Source: an uncultured Candidatus Saccharibacteria bacterium (lineage in GTDB: Bacteria > Patescibacteriota > Minisyncoccia > Phycocordibacterales > CAIZLB01). From it: DNA of 64,000 nt. The position numbers and the translations under genes are program-made. A model generated the notes under the pieces. The model made no database searches, was not told where the DNA came from, and was given only the letters and a program-made list of their open reading frames with translations. The stretch is taken from contig CAZKAF010000003.1 of the NCBI GenBank assembly GCA_964550955.1, forward strand, positions 7,489-71,488. The letters are read 5' to 3'. Positions 27,121 to 36,800 of this stretch are shown piece after piece; within the stretch, counting starts at the first letter, position 1; the number at the start of each line of letters is the position of its first letter.

Positions 27121-27942
27121 ATGGACCGATCTCCCGAGGAAATCTCAAAAAAAGCTCAAGATTTGAATATGCCGATTCTGCATGAAACGGCCGATTTTTT
27201 AGTGATAAACAAGCCTGCCGGCCTCGTCGTTCATTCGGACGGCAAGACCAAGGAGGCGACGCTTTGCGACTGGATACTCGAGCATTATCCAGAGGCGAAA
27301 GGGGTGGGCGAGCCTGCGCGGCTGCCTGACGGGACGTTCGTGGACAGGCCGGGCATCGTTCATCGTCTTGACCGGGACACGACGGGCGCGCTCATCATTG
27401 CCAAGAATCAGGCTTCTTTCGAATTTTTCAAGGATCTGTTCAAGAGGCATGTCATTCAGAAAAGATACAATACTATAGTATGGGGTCATCTGAAGGAAGA
27501 TAAGGGCAAGATAGACCGGCCTATCGGCAGAAGCAAGAGCGATTTCCGGAAATGGTCGGCTGAACGGTTTGCCCGCGGGGAGCTCAGAGAAGCTCTTACG
27601 GAGTATCAAGTCATTCAAAGGATCGATCTGGGCGCCACTACGAGCAGCCAGGTCCAGATGGGTCATTCTTTCAAGAATAACCAGAGCTTTCCGGAGAAAT
27701 TCACATTCCTTGACGTGTATCCCAAAACAGGCCGCACGCATCAAATCAGGGTTCATTTTAAGGCCATAAACCATCCGGTAATCGCAGACAGCCTTTATGC
27801 GCCAAATCACCCGAAAGCCCTTGGTTTTGAGCGTTTAGCGCTTCATGCACGTTCAGTTGAATTCAGCCTTCCTTCAGGCGAACGACTGCTTATCGAGGCG
27901 CCGCTGCCGCAGGACTTCAATGACGCTTTACTTAATATATAA
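27121..27942 (+). CDS. RluA-family 23S rRNA/tRNA pseudouridine synthase
   Basis: [13 protein letters not shown] and catalytic HRLDRDTTG motif. Confidence 0.75.
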   Translation: MDRSPEEISKKAQDLNMPILHETADFLVINKPAGLVVHSDGKTKEATLCDWILEHYPEAKGVGEPARLPDGTFVDRPGIVHRLDRDTTGALIIAKNQASFEFFKDLFKRHVIQKRYNTIVWGHLKEDKGKIDRPIGRSKSDFRKWSAERFARGELREALTEYQVIQRIDLGATTSSQVQMGHSFKNNQSFPEKFTFLDVYPKTGRTHQIRVHFKAINHPVIADSLYAPNHPKALGFERLALHARSVEFSLPSGERLLIEAPLPQDFNDALLNI

Positions 27943-27953
27943 GGTCTGCTATA

Positions 27954-28421
27954 TTGTTGTCCCATATGACAGCTACAACTAAAACAGCTAAAAAGCCTGT
28001 AAAGCTCGCTTCAGAGAAGACTGCAAGTCTCAAGGATTTCGACATGCGAGTGGGTGACACAGTACGAGTTCACCAGAAGATTCAGGAAAAGGGAAAGACG
28101 CGAGTTCAGGTTTTCGAAGGCATGATTCTTGCCCGAAAGCACGGTGCAGAAGCCGGAGCAACATTTACTGTTCGAAAGAACGCAGGCGGATACGGCGTTG
28201 AAAGAATTTTCCCTCTTTTCTCTCCAATCATCGCCAAGATTGAAGTGGTGCGACGAGCCAAGGTAAGACGAGCGAAGCTCTACTACATCCGAGACAAGGC
28301 GGCTAAGGAGATCAGCAAGCGAATGAAAATGGAAATGATGCGATCTGACAGCAGCGATGTCGCTGAGGAACCAGAAGCAGAAACTGAGGTCGCTGAAAAG
28401 GTTGAAGTTGCAGCTGAATAA
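27954..28421 (+). CDS. rplS: 50S ribosomal protein L19 with C-terminal acidic extension
   Basis: [30 protein letters not shown]...[41 protein letters not shown] matches L19. Confidence 0.85.
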   Translation: MLSHMTATTKTAKKPVKLASEKTASLKDFDMRVGDTVRVHQKIQEKGKTRVQVFEGMILARKHGAEAGATFTVRKNAGGYGVERIFPLFSPIIAKIEVVRRAKVRRAKLYYIRDKAAKEISKRMKMEMMRSDSSDVAEEPEAETEVAEKVEVAAE

Positions 28422-28435
28422 TCTCAATGCGAACT

Positions 28436-28461
28436 AAGCCCCGCTCCCGGGGCTTTTTTCT
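28436..28461 (+). terminator. rho-independent terminator after rplS
   Basis: aagccccg-ctcc-cggggctt + TTTTTT. Confidence 0.7.
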
Positions 28462-28549
28462 TTGCCTCTTTGGGCTGCCTGCGGTTTGCAAAACAGGAGG
28501 TTTTTATGTACTATTCCGTCACAAGCATGAGCAATCCTGCTTGGAAAAT

Positions 28550-28633
28550 GCGCGGGTGTTGAAACTGGTAGACAAGCTACCTTGAGGTGGTAGTGCTCGC
28601 AAGGGCGTGGAGGTTCAAGTCCTCTCCCGCGCA
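28550..28633 (+). tRNA. tRNA-Leu (anticodon GAG)
   Basis: acceptor gcgcggg/cccgcgc, anticodon stem ctacc/ggtag with loop ttGAGgt, long variable arm, T-arm gaggttcaagtcctc; 84 nt. Confidence 0.75.
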
Positions 28634-28637
28634 CAAT

Positions 28638-28668
28638 AAAAAAGCCCGGCCTTGTGCCGGGCTTTTTC
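28638..28668 (+). terminator. rho-independent terminator after tRNA-Leu
   Basis: agcccggc-cttgt-gccgggct + TTTTT. Confidence 0.65.
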
Positions 28669-28737
28669 CGTCCTTTGCGGTTTTTGCTTGCGTGAATTTT
28701 TCATGAGGCTTTTGCGGCCTCAACTTCGGGTGAGCTG

Positions 28738-29550
28738 GTGTATAATGAAATCATGATGCAGACATTCAAAAAAAGAAATCCATTAGTCGTCGTTCTCGTG
28801 CTTGCGATCGCTCTTTTCGCCGTTGCGCTTTACGTATTCTTCAGCTCGAGGCGCCCGAGCGAGCTGCCGACGAGCGTCTTCGGCATCGCGACATCGACTC
28901 CGAGCCTGACGTCGAACGTAAAAATCGAATCTTCAAAAGAGGAGACGAACTCATATCAGATTGAGACCGGAATTCCCCAGTTCGAGAATCCCGGAGATTC
29001 GTTCGCGCTTCAGTTCATCAACAAGCAGATAAAGGACAATGTTGCCGAAGCCGTGCGGGCGTTCAAGGATGAGTTGGTTCAAATTCAGCAGGAAACGCCC
29101 GGCGGCATTTTCAATGATGCCGGCTTGCCGAAGCATTCCCTTCTCATCAATCCGGTCAAGGCTCATGAGGTAGGCGGCAGGTACTTCGTCGTCGAGCTGA
29201 AGGACTTTTCGTACATAACCGGATCGGCGCATCCTTTCACGAGCACGATCACGTACAACTTCGATCTGAAAACGGGCGATCTCATAAAGCTTGAGGACTT
29301 GTATAGGGACAAGGCGCAATTCCTGCAAGCGGTGTCCACGTATACCAGAAAGGAACTTCAGCCGAAGCTCGAATCTTTCTTTGAAGAGGGCATCGCTCCC
29401 GATGAGCGAAACTTTTCAATATTTACTTTGGAGGAAGGGGCGGTGCGTTTCGTGTTCGATCAATATCAGGTCGCTCCATACGCGGCAGGAGAACAGGAGG
29501 TCGTGATGCCGGCTTCGGCGCTTTCGGGCCTCTTGAAGATACAGCTCTAG
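28738..29550 (+). CDS. membrane-anchored hypothetical protein (DUF3298/DUF4163-like, RsiV-type fold suspected)
   Basis: N-terminal TM, extracytoplasmic domain; weak resemblance to DUF4163/DUF3298 proteins. Confidence 0.35.
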   Translation: MYNEIMMQTFKKRNPLVVVLVLAIALFAVALYVFFSSRRPSELPTSVFGIATSTPSLTSNVKIESSKEETNSYQIETGIPQFENPGDSFALQFINKQIKDNVAEAVRAFKDELVQIQQETPGGIFNDAGLPKHSLLINPVKAHEVGGRYFVVELKDFSYITGSAHPFTSTITYNFDLKTGDLIKLEDLYRDKAQFLQAVSTYTRKELQPKLESFFEEGIAPDERNFSIFTLEEGAVRFVFDQYQVAPYAAGEQEVVMPASALSGLLKIQL

Positions 29551-29720
29551 TTCTGTTGAGGTCGCGAGCACGGCTTGTGTCGAGCCGGAAGGTTGGCCTC
29601 GTGCCGCCATGCCGTTCGGGTCCTTGGCCTCAAATCATTCGCGGCGCGCCTTTCGCTAGCCATTTCTTCGAAGATTTGGTATAACTGTCAGCACGCAACG
29701 GCTTCGGCTGCGGCGCATAT

Positions 29721-29795
29721 GGTGCCCATAGCTTAGTGGTAAAGCTCCAGTCTGTGGATCTGGCTACGAGAGTTCGATCCTCTCTGGGCACCCCA
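29721..29795 (+). tRNA. tRNA-His (anticodon GTG) with encoded G-1 and CCA
   Basis: 8-bp acceptor stem including G-1:C73, anticodon loop ctGTGga, T-arm gagag-ttcgatc-ctctc, 3' CCA encoded. Confidence 0.75.
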
Positions 29796-29915
29796 TGATT
29801 CTTACTCGCAAAATTTCTTCCTGGTCCAGTTTTGCCTAGCTCGGCTATCGGGCCTTTTCCGTTTTTTCGTTTGCTCCTGATTCAGATTTCAACCCTCAGC
29901 AGAAAGGATATCGAC

Positions 29916-30302
29916 ATGACCCTCTCAGATTCTCTGGCTAAAAGCATCGTCTCGACTGCAAATGGTTACTTGGGAACGCCATTTTGCATGAAAACCTTCA
30001 ATTGCGTTCATTTTGTGCGCGAAGTGTATTGCAAGGTCGGCTTGTCCCTGCCTTTGTTGGCGAGGCATCAGCCTCCTCCTTGCGAGTTTCATCTGTCTCC
30101 TGAAAAATTTGAAATGATGCCTGCGGGACACAGCGTATTCTTCAAAAGAAAAGGGAGCCTCTCTTCGAGACATTGGACGCACGTTGCAATCATTGTCGGA
30201 TCCGATACCTTGGTGCATTGCACTCGGAATATCGGCGATGGCGTGGTCGCAACCCGCGTGCCTGAATTCTTGGAGGTATACGACTTGGCTTCATCAGCGT
30301 AA
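29916..30302 (+). CDS. NlpC/P60-family (papain-like Cys/His) putative peptidoglycan hydrolase
   Basis: start at ATG 29916 with an upstream agaaagga RBS; GTPFCMKTFNCVHFVREVYCKVGLSLP (catalytic Cys context) and HVAIIVGSDTLVHC (His). Confidence 0.45.
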   Translation: MTLSDSLAKSIVSTANGYLGTPFCMKTFNCVHFVREVYCKVGLSLPLLARHQPPPCEFHLSPEKFEMMPAGHSVFFKRKGSLSSRHWTHVAIIVGSDTLVHCTRNIGDGVVATRVPEFLEVYDLASSA

Positions 30303-30329
30303 TATAGTTCTTTGCATTGTTCTTCATTC

Positions 30330-30357
30330 AGCCCCGACCAAACGGTCGGGGCTTTTG
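30330..30357 (+). terminator. rho-independent terminator
   Basis: agccccgacc-aaac-ggtcggggct + TTTT. Confidence 0.65.
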
Positions 30358-30391
30358 TGTGCCGCTGATTGAATAGCTTTGCCCGTGAGAC

Positions 30392-31063
30392 TTGCACGAA
30401 TCAAACTGGTATAATTCTGACATGATATATCTTATCGGAGGAACCCCGCGTTGCGGCAAAACTACGGTAGCGAAGAGGCTGGCGAAACAATTAAACATAT
30501 CTTGGATAGCGACTGATTATTTAACAGCGTCAGCTTTTCAGTTTATCCCGGAACATGAACAGGGTAATAATTTTCCATTAAGCAAGGCATATGAAGAATA
30601 TGGGACGAACGATGGCGTGTATCGGCAGTATTCAGCTCAGGAAATTGCCGGTTTTTACAAAAGCCAAGCTAAAACGATGTGGCCAGCGGTCAAGATGTTC
30701 ATGCGGGCGGCAGTGCGTGACGGTGAAGATTTTGTTCTTGAGGGATATCATTTTTTACCGCAACTTGTCGCAGGGTTGGATGAAGAAATCATAAAGAATA
30801 TCAAAGTCGTGTTTTTATACAGGGAAGATGTCGCTGATATTGAAACTAATCTACGGAAGGGGAGTCATCCTGAGGATTGGGCGATACAGAATACTCAGAA
30901 TCAATCCACATTCGTCAAAATAGCAGAAATGATTTCTACGTATGGATTAGAGATAAAAAATGAGGCAGAGGAGTGCAACATGCCCGTATTCTGTATGGAT
31001 GGAAGCTTTGAAATTAATGTCAAAAAGGCGGTCGATCAGATTCTTTCAGAATCAAACGCATGA
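30392..31063 (+). CDS. P-loop NTPase/small-molecule kinase-like protein (2-phosphoglycerate kinase/AAA_33-like)
   Basis: Walker A GGTPRCGKTT near the N-terminus (true start may be MIYLIGG at 30422); ~220 aa. Confidence 0.4.
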   Translation: MHESNWYNSDMIYLIGGTPRCGKTTVAKRLAKQLNISWIATDYLTASAFQFIPEHEQGNNFPLSKAYEEYGTNDGVYRQYSAQEIAGFYKSQAKTMWPAVKMFMRAAVRDGEDFVLEGYHFLPQLVAGLDEEIIKNIKVVFLYREDVADIETNLRKGSHPEDWAIQNTQNQSTFVKIAEMISTYGLEIKNEAEECNMPVFCMDGSFEINVKKAVDQILSESNA

Positions 31064-31683
31064 AATTAATCTACTTTGTTCGTCATGGTGAGTCTGATGC
31101 GAACGTCAATCAAAATGCGCGAAGCTCCAACCTCCTGACAGAAAGGGGGCTGGGACAAGCAAGAGTCGTTGCCGAGCGGTTTAAAAATATCAGAGTCGAA
31201 AAGCTCATCGAAACGTCAAAGGCTCGCTCCAAACAAACAGCGGAAGCAATCAAGGCGGTCATACATTTGGAACCAGAAGAAAATGACCTTTTCATAGAAC
31301 GTGCAGGGGAGTTTGAGGCGATGTACGAGTATAAGCATCTTTCCGTTCCAGAGCTTACGGAAGCCATGAAGAAAAAGCTTGATAAGACCCACTGGGATTA
31401 TGAAAAGCAGGAACTCTTTGAGACGCTGAAGGAAAGGGTAAAAAAGGCAACTGAATATCTTGAGAACATCCCGGAAGAAAGAATTGCTATCGTAACGCAC
31501 GGAGCGTTTCTTAAGGTGCTGCTAGCTTATTTCATTTTCAAAGATTCGCTTACGGAAGAACAGGCGGTTCTGTTTATGAAAGGTACGGCTACAACAAATA
31601 CGGGCATTACCCTGTGCAAATTCAACACTGAGAAAAGGGAATGGAGGCTGATCACTTGGAACGACGAGTCGCATCTGGGTTAG
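31060..31683 (+). CDS. histidine phosphatase superfamily protein (phosphoglycerate mutase-like)
   Basis: RHGES catalytic motif at the N-terminus (IYFVRHGESDAN) and C-terminal VTHG; 4-nt overlap with the upstream gene. Confidence 0.65.
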   Translation: MKLIYFVRHGESDANVNQNARSSNLLTERGLGQARVVAERFKNIRVEKLIETSKARSKQTAEAIKAVIHLEPEENDLFIERAGEFEAMYEYKHLSVPELTEAMKKKLDKTHWDYEKQELFETLKERVKKATEYLENIPEERIAIVTHGAFLKVLLAYFIFKDSLTEEQAVLFMKGTATTNTGITLCKFNTEKREWRLITWNDESHLG

Positions 31684-31711
31684 TATTTTCAAATACAGAA
31701 ATCAGTCCCCT

Positions 31712-32347
31712 TTGAAAAAAAGTGTCTTAATTCAGAGAGCTTGCTATAATCTTCACATGAAAAAGCATCTCGGAAAAAGGCTGTTCGTCACGGGAATTCC
31801 CACGGCAGGGAAGTCGTATCTTTCCCGAAAACTTGCAGCAGAAGTCGGCGGCATTTCGGTTTCCCTGGATCACCATAGGCAGGCAATAAGTTCTGATCCG
31901 AGATATCAAAAATGGATTCAGTTCTATTGGAATGTGGACGAGAAGGAATACTTTTCCAAGACGATTCCTGAGCAGCAGTGGCAAAATCTAGTTAACCAAT
32001 CCGAAGCGCTTTGGCCGGCGTTTATGGAAAAGATCAATTCGTACAGCGAAGAAACGAAGCCCGTCATCTTCGAATGCGTAAACATGCTGCCTCATATCGT
32101 CAAGAAGGATATTGATTTTCCGGGCATCGTTCTGGTCGGAACTTCCTATGAGACCATTCTCGAAAGAAACATCGCTGACCCTCGATGGGGCAATACGAAA
32201 GAGCTTCAGGAGATGGAAGCCTTCTCTTTCTTTAACGTGGAACGACCGAACTATATCAAAGAGGCCGAACGGTTCGGATATCAGGTATTTCAGACGGCCG
32301 ATGAAGCGTACGAGGCGGCAAAGGCTCTCTTGATTGAAGCGCTGTAA
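31712..32347 (+). CDS. P-loop NTPase/kinase-like protein, paralogous to 30392-31063
   Basis: Walker A GIPTAGKS; start may be MKKHLGKRLFVTG at 31757. Confidence 0.4.
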   Translation: MKKSVLIQRACYNLHMKKHLGKRLFVTGIPTAGKSYLSRKLAAEVGGISVSLDHHRQAISSDPRYQKWIQFYWNVDEKEYFSKTIPEQQWQNLVNQSEALWPAFMEKINSYSEETKPVIFECVNMLPHIVKKDIDFPGIVLVGTSYETILERNIADPRWGNTKELQEMEAFSFFNVERPNYIKEAERFGYQVFQTADEAYEAAKALLIEAL

Positions 32348-32437
32348 TCACGGATTTCGCGCGGCTGTGAGTAACGTCCGCAAGATTCTCCGCGTTTGTA
32401 TGTATAATAAACATGCTTCAGCCTAAATTTAACGCAC

Positions 32438-33079
32438 ATGCCTGCACGCTCCTCTCAAAATATCTTTCAGTCATTCGTCAAGGTGGTGATGCTTCTTGTC
32501 ATATTCGGATTCTTCCCGGTCTTCCTTGCCATCGTGGTCTATAACTACAACACCAATGCGTCGTCCCTGATAAAGATAACGAACGCGCTCGATCAGGAGT
32601 ATTCGAGCGCGTCGACGGGACTGGTAGTGCTCACCCAGGAGCAGGCGAATGTTCTCAGGAAAATAAACGAATTCTCCGTCGGCGTCTGGATCGACAAGAA
32701 GGACGTCGAGTCGAAGACGGTCATCAATCCGGACAATACCTTCGCGGAATACAAGGAAAAAAGCCGGATAGCTTTCGGAACTTGGCGGGCGAAGATAATT
32801 CAGGACAAGGAGGGGGAGGCCGTGCAGACAAGGTACATGCTTCAGAAGAATCATCTTGAGCAGAACAAGAGGGTGTCGATTCTGTATGAAATAGTGCAGC
32901 TGGACACTGAACTGTTCGTTCTCAAGGCGATCGCGTCCGGATCGACGGAGGAAATCAACAAGGCTTTCGATTCCGCGACGGGCACCGATTTCATCTATAG
33001 GTATCGATTCACGGACAATCTCGAAACGACCATAACCTTGCTCAAGGCCACCACCACGTTCGACATGCCTCGCGAATAG
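32438..33079 (+). CDS. membrane-anchored hypothetical protein
   Basis: 213 aa, N-terminal TM, no recognisable family. Confidence 0.35.
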   Translation: MPARSSQNIFQSFVKVVMLLVIFGFFPVFLAIVVYNYNTNASSLIKITNALDQEYSSASTGLVVLTQEQANVLRKINEFSVGVWIDKKDVESKTVINPDNTFAEYKEKSRIAFGTWRAKIIQDKEGEAVQTRYMLQKNHLEQNKRVSILYEIVQLDTELFVLKAIASGSTEEINKAFDSATGTDFIYRYRFTDNLETTITLLKATTTFDMPRE

Positions 33080-33134
33080 CGGCTGGATTTTCCGCGACGG
33101 GCAGCCCCGGCGCCTTTTATAGTATAATTCCAAA

Positions 33135-33698
33135 ATGGTCACTCTTCCGATAAGTTCCGCCCAAAACGCCTTCAATGCCGCCATTGCCGATTTCGTCTCC
33201 CAATTCAAGTCGCCTGCGCTTACGGAACTGATGATTCTCCTGACCGACCTCGGAAGCCCGCAGAATCTCGCGATGCTTGCGCTCGTGCTCGTCTGCGTGT
33301 ATTGGCTTCATAAAAAATACGTGCACATGGCGCAGTTCATCATCGCCTTCGCTGCCGTAAACGTGATTACCACTTTGCTGAAATACTTCTTCGCCATGCC
33401 GCGTCCTGCCGACCCCGCGATTCTCGTAAGCGGCTTCAGCTTTCCGAGCGGGCACACTTCCGCGGCGACCCTGTTCTTCCTGCTGATCGCGTATACGTTC
33501 AAGAACCATTTCAGGCCCGGCTGGAAAAGGCTCTCGTTCATCGGCGCGAACGTGCTCGCCATATTCATGATAGGCGTCAGCCGGGTATATCTCAGCGTTC
33601 ACTATGCGAATGACATACTTGCGGGCATCCTGGTCGGGCTGATCGTCGCGCTGCTTTCGGTTCTCGTGACGGAATTAAAATATAAAGAAATAATATGA
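33135..33698 (+). CDS. PAP2-family phosphatase (BcrC/PgpB-like)
   Basis: PAP2 motifs KYFFAMPRP, PSGHTS, SRVYLSVHYANDILAG. Confidence 0.7.
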   Translation: MVTLPISSAQNAFNAAIADFVSQFKSPALTELMILLTDLGSPQNLAMLALVLVCVYWLHKKYVHMAQFIIAFAAVNVITTLLKYFFAMPRPADPAILVSGFSFPSGHTSAATLFFLLIAYTFKNHFRPGWKRLSFIGANVLAIFMIGVSRVYLSVHYANDILAGILVGLIVALLSVLVTELKYKEII

Positions 33699-34525
33699 TG
33701 AACTTTTTTGATGCAATCCTGCTTGGCGTAATCGAGGGCCTGACCGAGTTCTTGCCCGTTTCTTCGACGGGTCACATGATCCTGGCGAGCAACATCCTCG
33801 GCATAGCGAATGATCCGTTTACCAAGACTTTTGAAATTGTCATCCAATTGGCTGCGATTTGCGCGGTCATATTCATATATTGGAAAACCGTGCTTGCGAG
33901 CAGGGATGTCATGCTCAAGATCATAAGCGCGTTCATTCCTACGGCAATTCTCGGCTTCACGCTATATCCGTTCATAAAGGAATACCTTTTTGCCAGCCCT
34001 CTGGTGGTCGTCTCGGCTCTCTTTCTCGGAGGCGTCGCCATCATCGCGTTTGAGAAAATTTCCGCAAGAAGAACGGGCGGCATTGTCGGAAACGCCGAAG
34101 CGGCTTCGGACGTTCGACCGGGCGAGTCAGCCGCGGAGGAAAAGCCTCTCAAGGACGTGACGTACAAGAAAGCAGTTCTCATCGGCCTTTGGCAGTCATT
34201 GGCGATGATTCCGGGAGTATCAAGGTCCGCAGCCACCATCATTGGCGGGGAAGTCATGGGCATCAGCCGCAAGACGATCGTCGAATTCTCATTCCTGCTT
34301 GCCATACCGACCATGCTTGGCGCCACAGTGCTGGATCTTTACTCGACGGACCTTTCCTTCTCGAATCAGGAATGGCAGATTCTGGCGGTCGGCTGCATCG
34401 TCGCCTTCGCCGTGGCGTTCGTCGCCGTCAAGTCATTCTTGAAATACATTCAAAGCCATTCATTCTCCGCCTTCGGATATTACAGGATTCTCTTGGCTGT
34501 CGCGTACGCGCTGTTCTTCCTCTAG
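33695..34525 (+). CDS. uppP: undecaprenyl-diphosphatase UppP (BacA)
   Basis: N-terminal GVIEGLTEFLPVSSTGHMIL and overall BacA pattern; 4-nt overlap with the PAP2 gene. Confidence 0.8.
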   Translation: MMNFFDAILLGVIEGLTEFLPVSSTGHMILASNILGIANDPFTKTFEIVIQLAAICAVIFIYWKTVLASRDVMLKIISAFIPTAILGFTLYPFIKEYLFASPLVVVSALFLGGVAIIAFEKISARRTGGIVGNAEAASDVRPGESAAEEKPLKDVTYKKAVLIGLWQSLAMIPGVSRSAATIIGGEVMGISRKTIVEFSFLLAIPTMLGATVLDLYSTDLSFSNQEWQILAVGCIVAFAVAFVAVKSFLKYIQSHSFSAFGYYRILLAVAYALFFL

Positions 34526-34606
34526 TTAATTTTTATCCGCTTCCTTTTCCTTTCTTGCCGCGCCTTTCGGTTGCATCAATGTGCCGGGGATGTATACTCT
34601 GAGAAT

Positions 34607-35473
34607 ATGCCAGCCATCATTCTCGACGGAAAGAAGCTAAGGACCGAAATCGCCGACAGGCTGAGGGCTGTCGTTTCGGAAAAAGTAAAGGAAGGCTTCG
34701 TTAAGCCGTCTTTGGCCATTCTTCAGATAGGGGACAACAAGGAGTCCGAGACGTACATACGGAACAAGAAAAAATTCGGCGAAAGCGTCGGCATCAATGT
34801 CCTGCACATCCATCTGCCTGAAAATATCGAGCAGGCCGAAGCGCTCAGGGAAATCAAGAATCTCAACGATGACAATTCGGTCGACGGCATCATTCTCCAG
34901 CTGCCGATTCCGAAGCATCTGCACAAGGAGCTCCTGATTGAATCGATCTCTTCAAGGAAGGATGTCGACGGGCTGTCTTCGAGGAGCGTGAAGGGCCTGT
35001 GGATCAATTCCGAGCTGACGCTCATGCCCGCGACGACGCGGGGAATTCTCTCGCTGCTTAAAAAATACGAGATTGACATTGCCGGCAAGAAGGCGACGGT
35101 CATCGGAAGGTCCGCGCTGGTCGGAAAGCCGACCGCCATGGCATTTTTGAATCGCGGCGCCACCGTTACGGTCTGTCATTCCGAAACCAGGAATCTTGAA
35201 TTGCATACCGTCGACGCGGACATCATCGTTTCGGCTGTCGGGCGGCCGCGGCTTCTCACGCGCCACCATGTCAGGCCCGGCCAAGTCATCATCGACGTCG
35301 GGACGACCATAGAAAATCCTGACGACAAGAAATGCGTGGGCGACGTAGACTATGCGGACGTGTCCGATATCGTGAAGATGATCTCTCCCGTGCCCGGCGG
35401 CGTCGGTCCCATGACGGTCGCGTCCCTCTTTGAAAACGTCGTCGACGTGTATCTGAGAAAAATAATGATATAA
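34607..35473 (+). CDS. folD: bifunctional methylenetetrahydrofolate dehydrogenase/cyclohydrolase FolD
   Basis: MPAIILDGKKL start; VIGRSALVGKPTAMAFLNRGATVTVCHS motif. Confidence 0.85.
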   Translation: MPAIILDGKKLRTEIADRLRAVVSEKVKEGFVKPSLAILQIGDNKESETYIRNKKKFGESVGINVLHIHLPENIEQAEALREIKNLNDDNSVDGIILQLPIPKHLHKELLIESISSRKDVDGLSSRSVKGLWINSELTLMPATTRGILSLLKKYEIDIAGKKATVIGRSALVGKPTAMAFLNRGATVTVCHSETRNLELHTVDADIIVSAVGRPRLLTRHHVRPGQVIIDVGTTIENPDDKKCVGDVDYADVSDIVKMISPVPGGVGPMTVASLFENVVDVYLRKIMI

Positions 35474-35526
35474 TGACAGGCATATCTGCCAATTAATCAT
35501 TATTCAAATTACATCGCACATTACAT

Positions 35527-36429
35527 ATGAATTTTAACTTCAAGAAAAGTCACATCAATCTCTCTTCGGAAGAATTAAGCAGCTTCCTGAAGGGCGCCGG
35601 CATCATCTGCATCGGCCTGCTATCCCTCTTCATTCTCGTCAAGACCGTCAATGAAATCAAGACGTATACGACTATCGGCAGCACGCCCGAAACCCAGAAC
35701 GTCATTTCCGTAACGGGCAAGTCCGAAATGTTCATCAAGCCCGACATCACCACGTTTTCATGGACTGTCGACGGCGAGGGAAGGACCGTGGAAGCTGCTC
35801 AGACTGCGGCTTCAGAAAAAGGCAACAAGGCAATCGCATTTTTGAAAGAGAAGGGCATCAAGGAGGCGGATATCAAGACTACCAATTATTATACGAGCAC
35901 AAAATATGACACGCAGGTTCGTCCATGCGCCGTCTCCCGGCCGGCATCTCCCGCGATTGACGAGGCTCCCGACACGGCCGTCTCATCCGCGCCCATGATT
36001 GCCCCTTGCTCGAATACCGATCAGGTCGCGGTAGGCTACACGGTGCAGCAGACCGTCGAGGTCAAGGTTCGGAACGTCAACGACTATCCGAATCTGACAA
36101 GCGAGCTCGTCGCCGGCCTCGGCTCGATCGGAGCGAAAGTTTCGAATCCTTACAGCACCGTGGACAATCCTGACAAGTACCAGCAGAAAGTCAGGCAGGA
36201 AGCTATCGTCAAGGCAAGAAACGAGGCGGAAGCCTTGGCAAAATCGCTTGGCGTGAAGCTCGTCAAGGTGGTAGGATACAGCGACAACTCGTATCCCGCA
36301 TACCCCATGTACGACATGGCGATGTCCGCCCGCGGTTCGGCAGGAAACATGGCCTCTCCGGCGCCTTCATTGCCCACTGGAACAAACAAGATCTCGGCCG
36401 ACGTGATGGTCACGTATCAAATTAGATAA
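35527..36429 (+). CDS. SIMPL-domain (DUF541) secreted/periplasmic protein
   Basis: N-terminal TM/signal; ISVTGKSEMFIKPDITTFSWTV...EKGIKEADIKTTNYY pattern typical of SIMPL. Confidence 0.55.
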   Translation: MNFNFKKSHINLSSEELSSFLKGAGIICIGLLSLFILVKTVNEIKTYTTIGSTPETQNVISVTGKSEMFIKPDITTFSWTVDGEGRTVEAAQTAASEKGNKAIAFLKEKGIKEADIKTTNYYTSTKYDTQVRPCAVSRPASPAIDEAPDTAVSSAPMIAPCSNTDQVAVGYTVQQTVEVKVRNVNDYPNLTSELVAGLGSIGAKVSNPYSTVDNPDKYQQKVRQEAIVKARNEAEALAKSLGVKLVKVVGYSDNSYPAYPMYDMAMSARGSAGNMASPAPSLPTGTNKISADVMVTYQIR

Positions 36430-36442
36430 TACTTCCTCGAGA

Positions 36443-36470
36443 TTGACAAAATCTTTGAATCTAATACTAT
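36443..36470 (+). promoter_or_regulatory. candidate sigma70-like promoter upstream of secE (TTGACA-N16-TACTAT)
   Basis: TTGACA at 36443-36448, TACTAT at 36465-36470; a hairpin follows in the leader. Confidence 0.3.
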
Positions 36471-36498
36471 ATAGACAACAGCAAAGGCACCCGAAAGG

Positions 36499-36717
36499 GT
36501 GTTTTTGAATAGAAAATTAAACAAATATATGGCTATAAAACAATATATCAACGAAACAAAGGCTGAAATGAAGCACGTGACCTGGCCGACAAGAAAGCAG
36601 ACGGTCGCTTACTCCGCTCTCGTGGTAGTCATTTCATTGGTCGTGGCCGGATATCTCGGCCTTCTCGATTCGGCGTTCAGCACGGTCATCAAGCTCATCA
36701 TCCCGTCGTTCAACTAG
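36499..36717 (+). CDS. secE: preprotein translocase subunit SecE
   Basis: ~60-70 aa, MKHVTWPTRKQTVAYSALVVVISLVVAGYLGLLD matches SecE; upstream of nusG (possible start at 36529). Confidence 0.7.
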   Translation: MFLNRKLNKYMAIKQYINETKAEMKHVTWPTRKQTVAYSALVVVISLVVAGYLGLLDSAFSTVIKLIIPSFN

Positions 36718-36800
36718 GGGCCCGAATCTCAGAATCTGGAATGGCAAGGCGGCGTCGACAATGCAGGCAATATAAAAGTTTCAATTAACACAAAACCATC

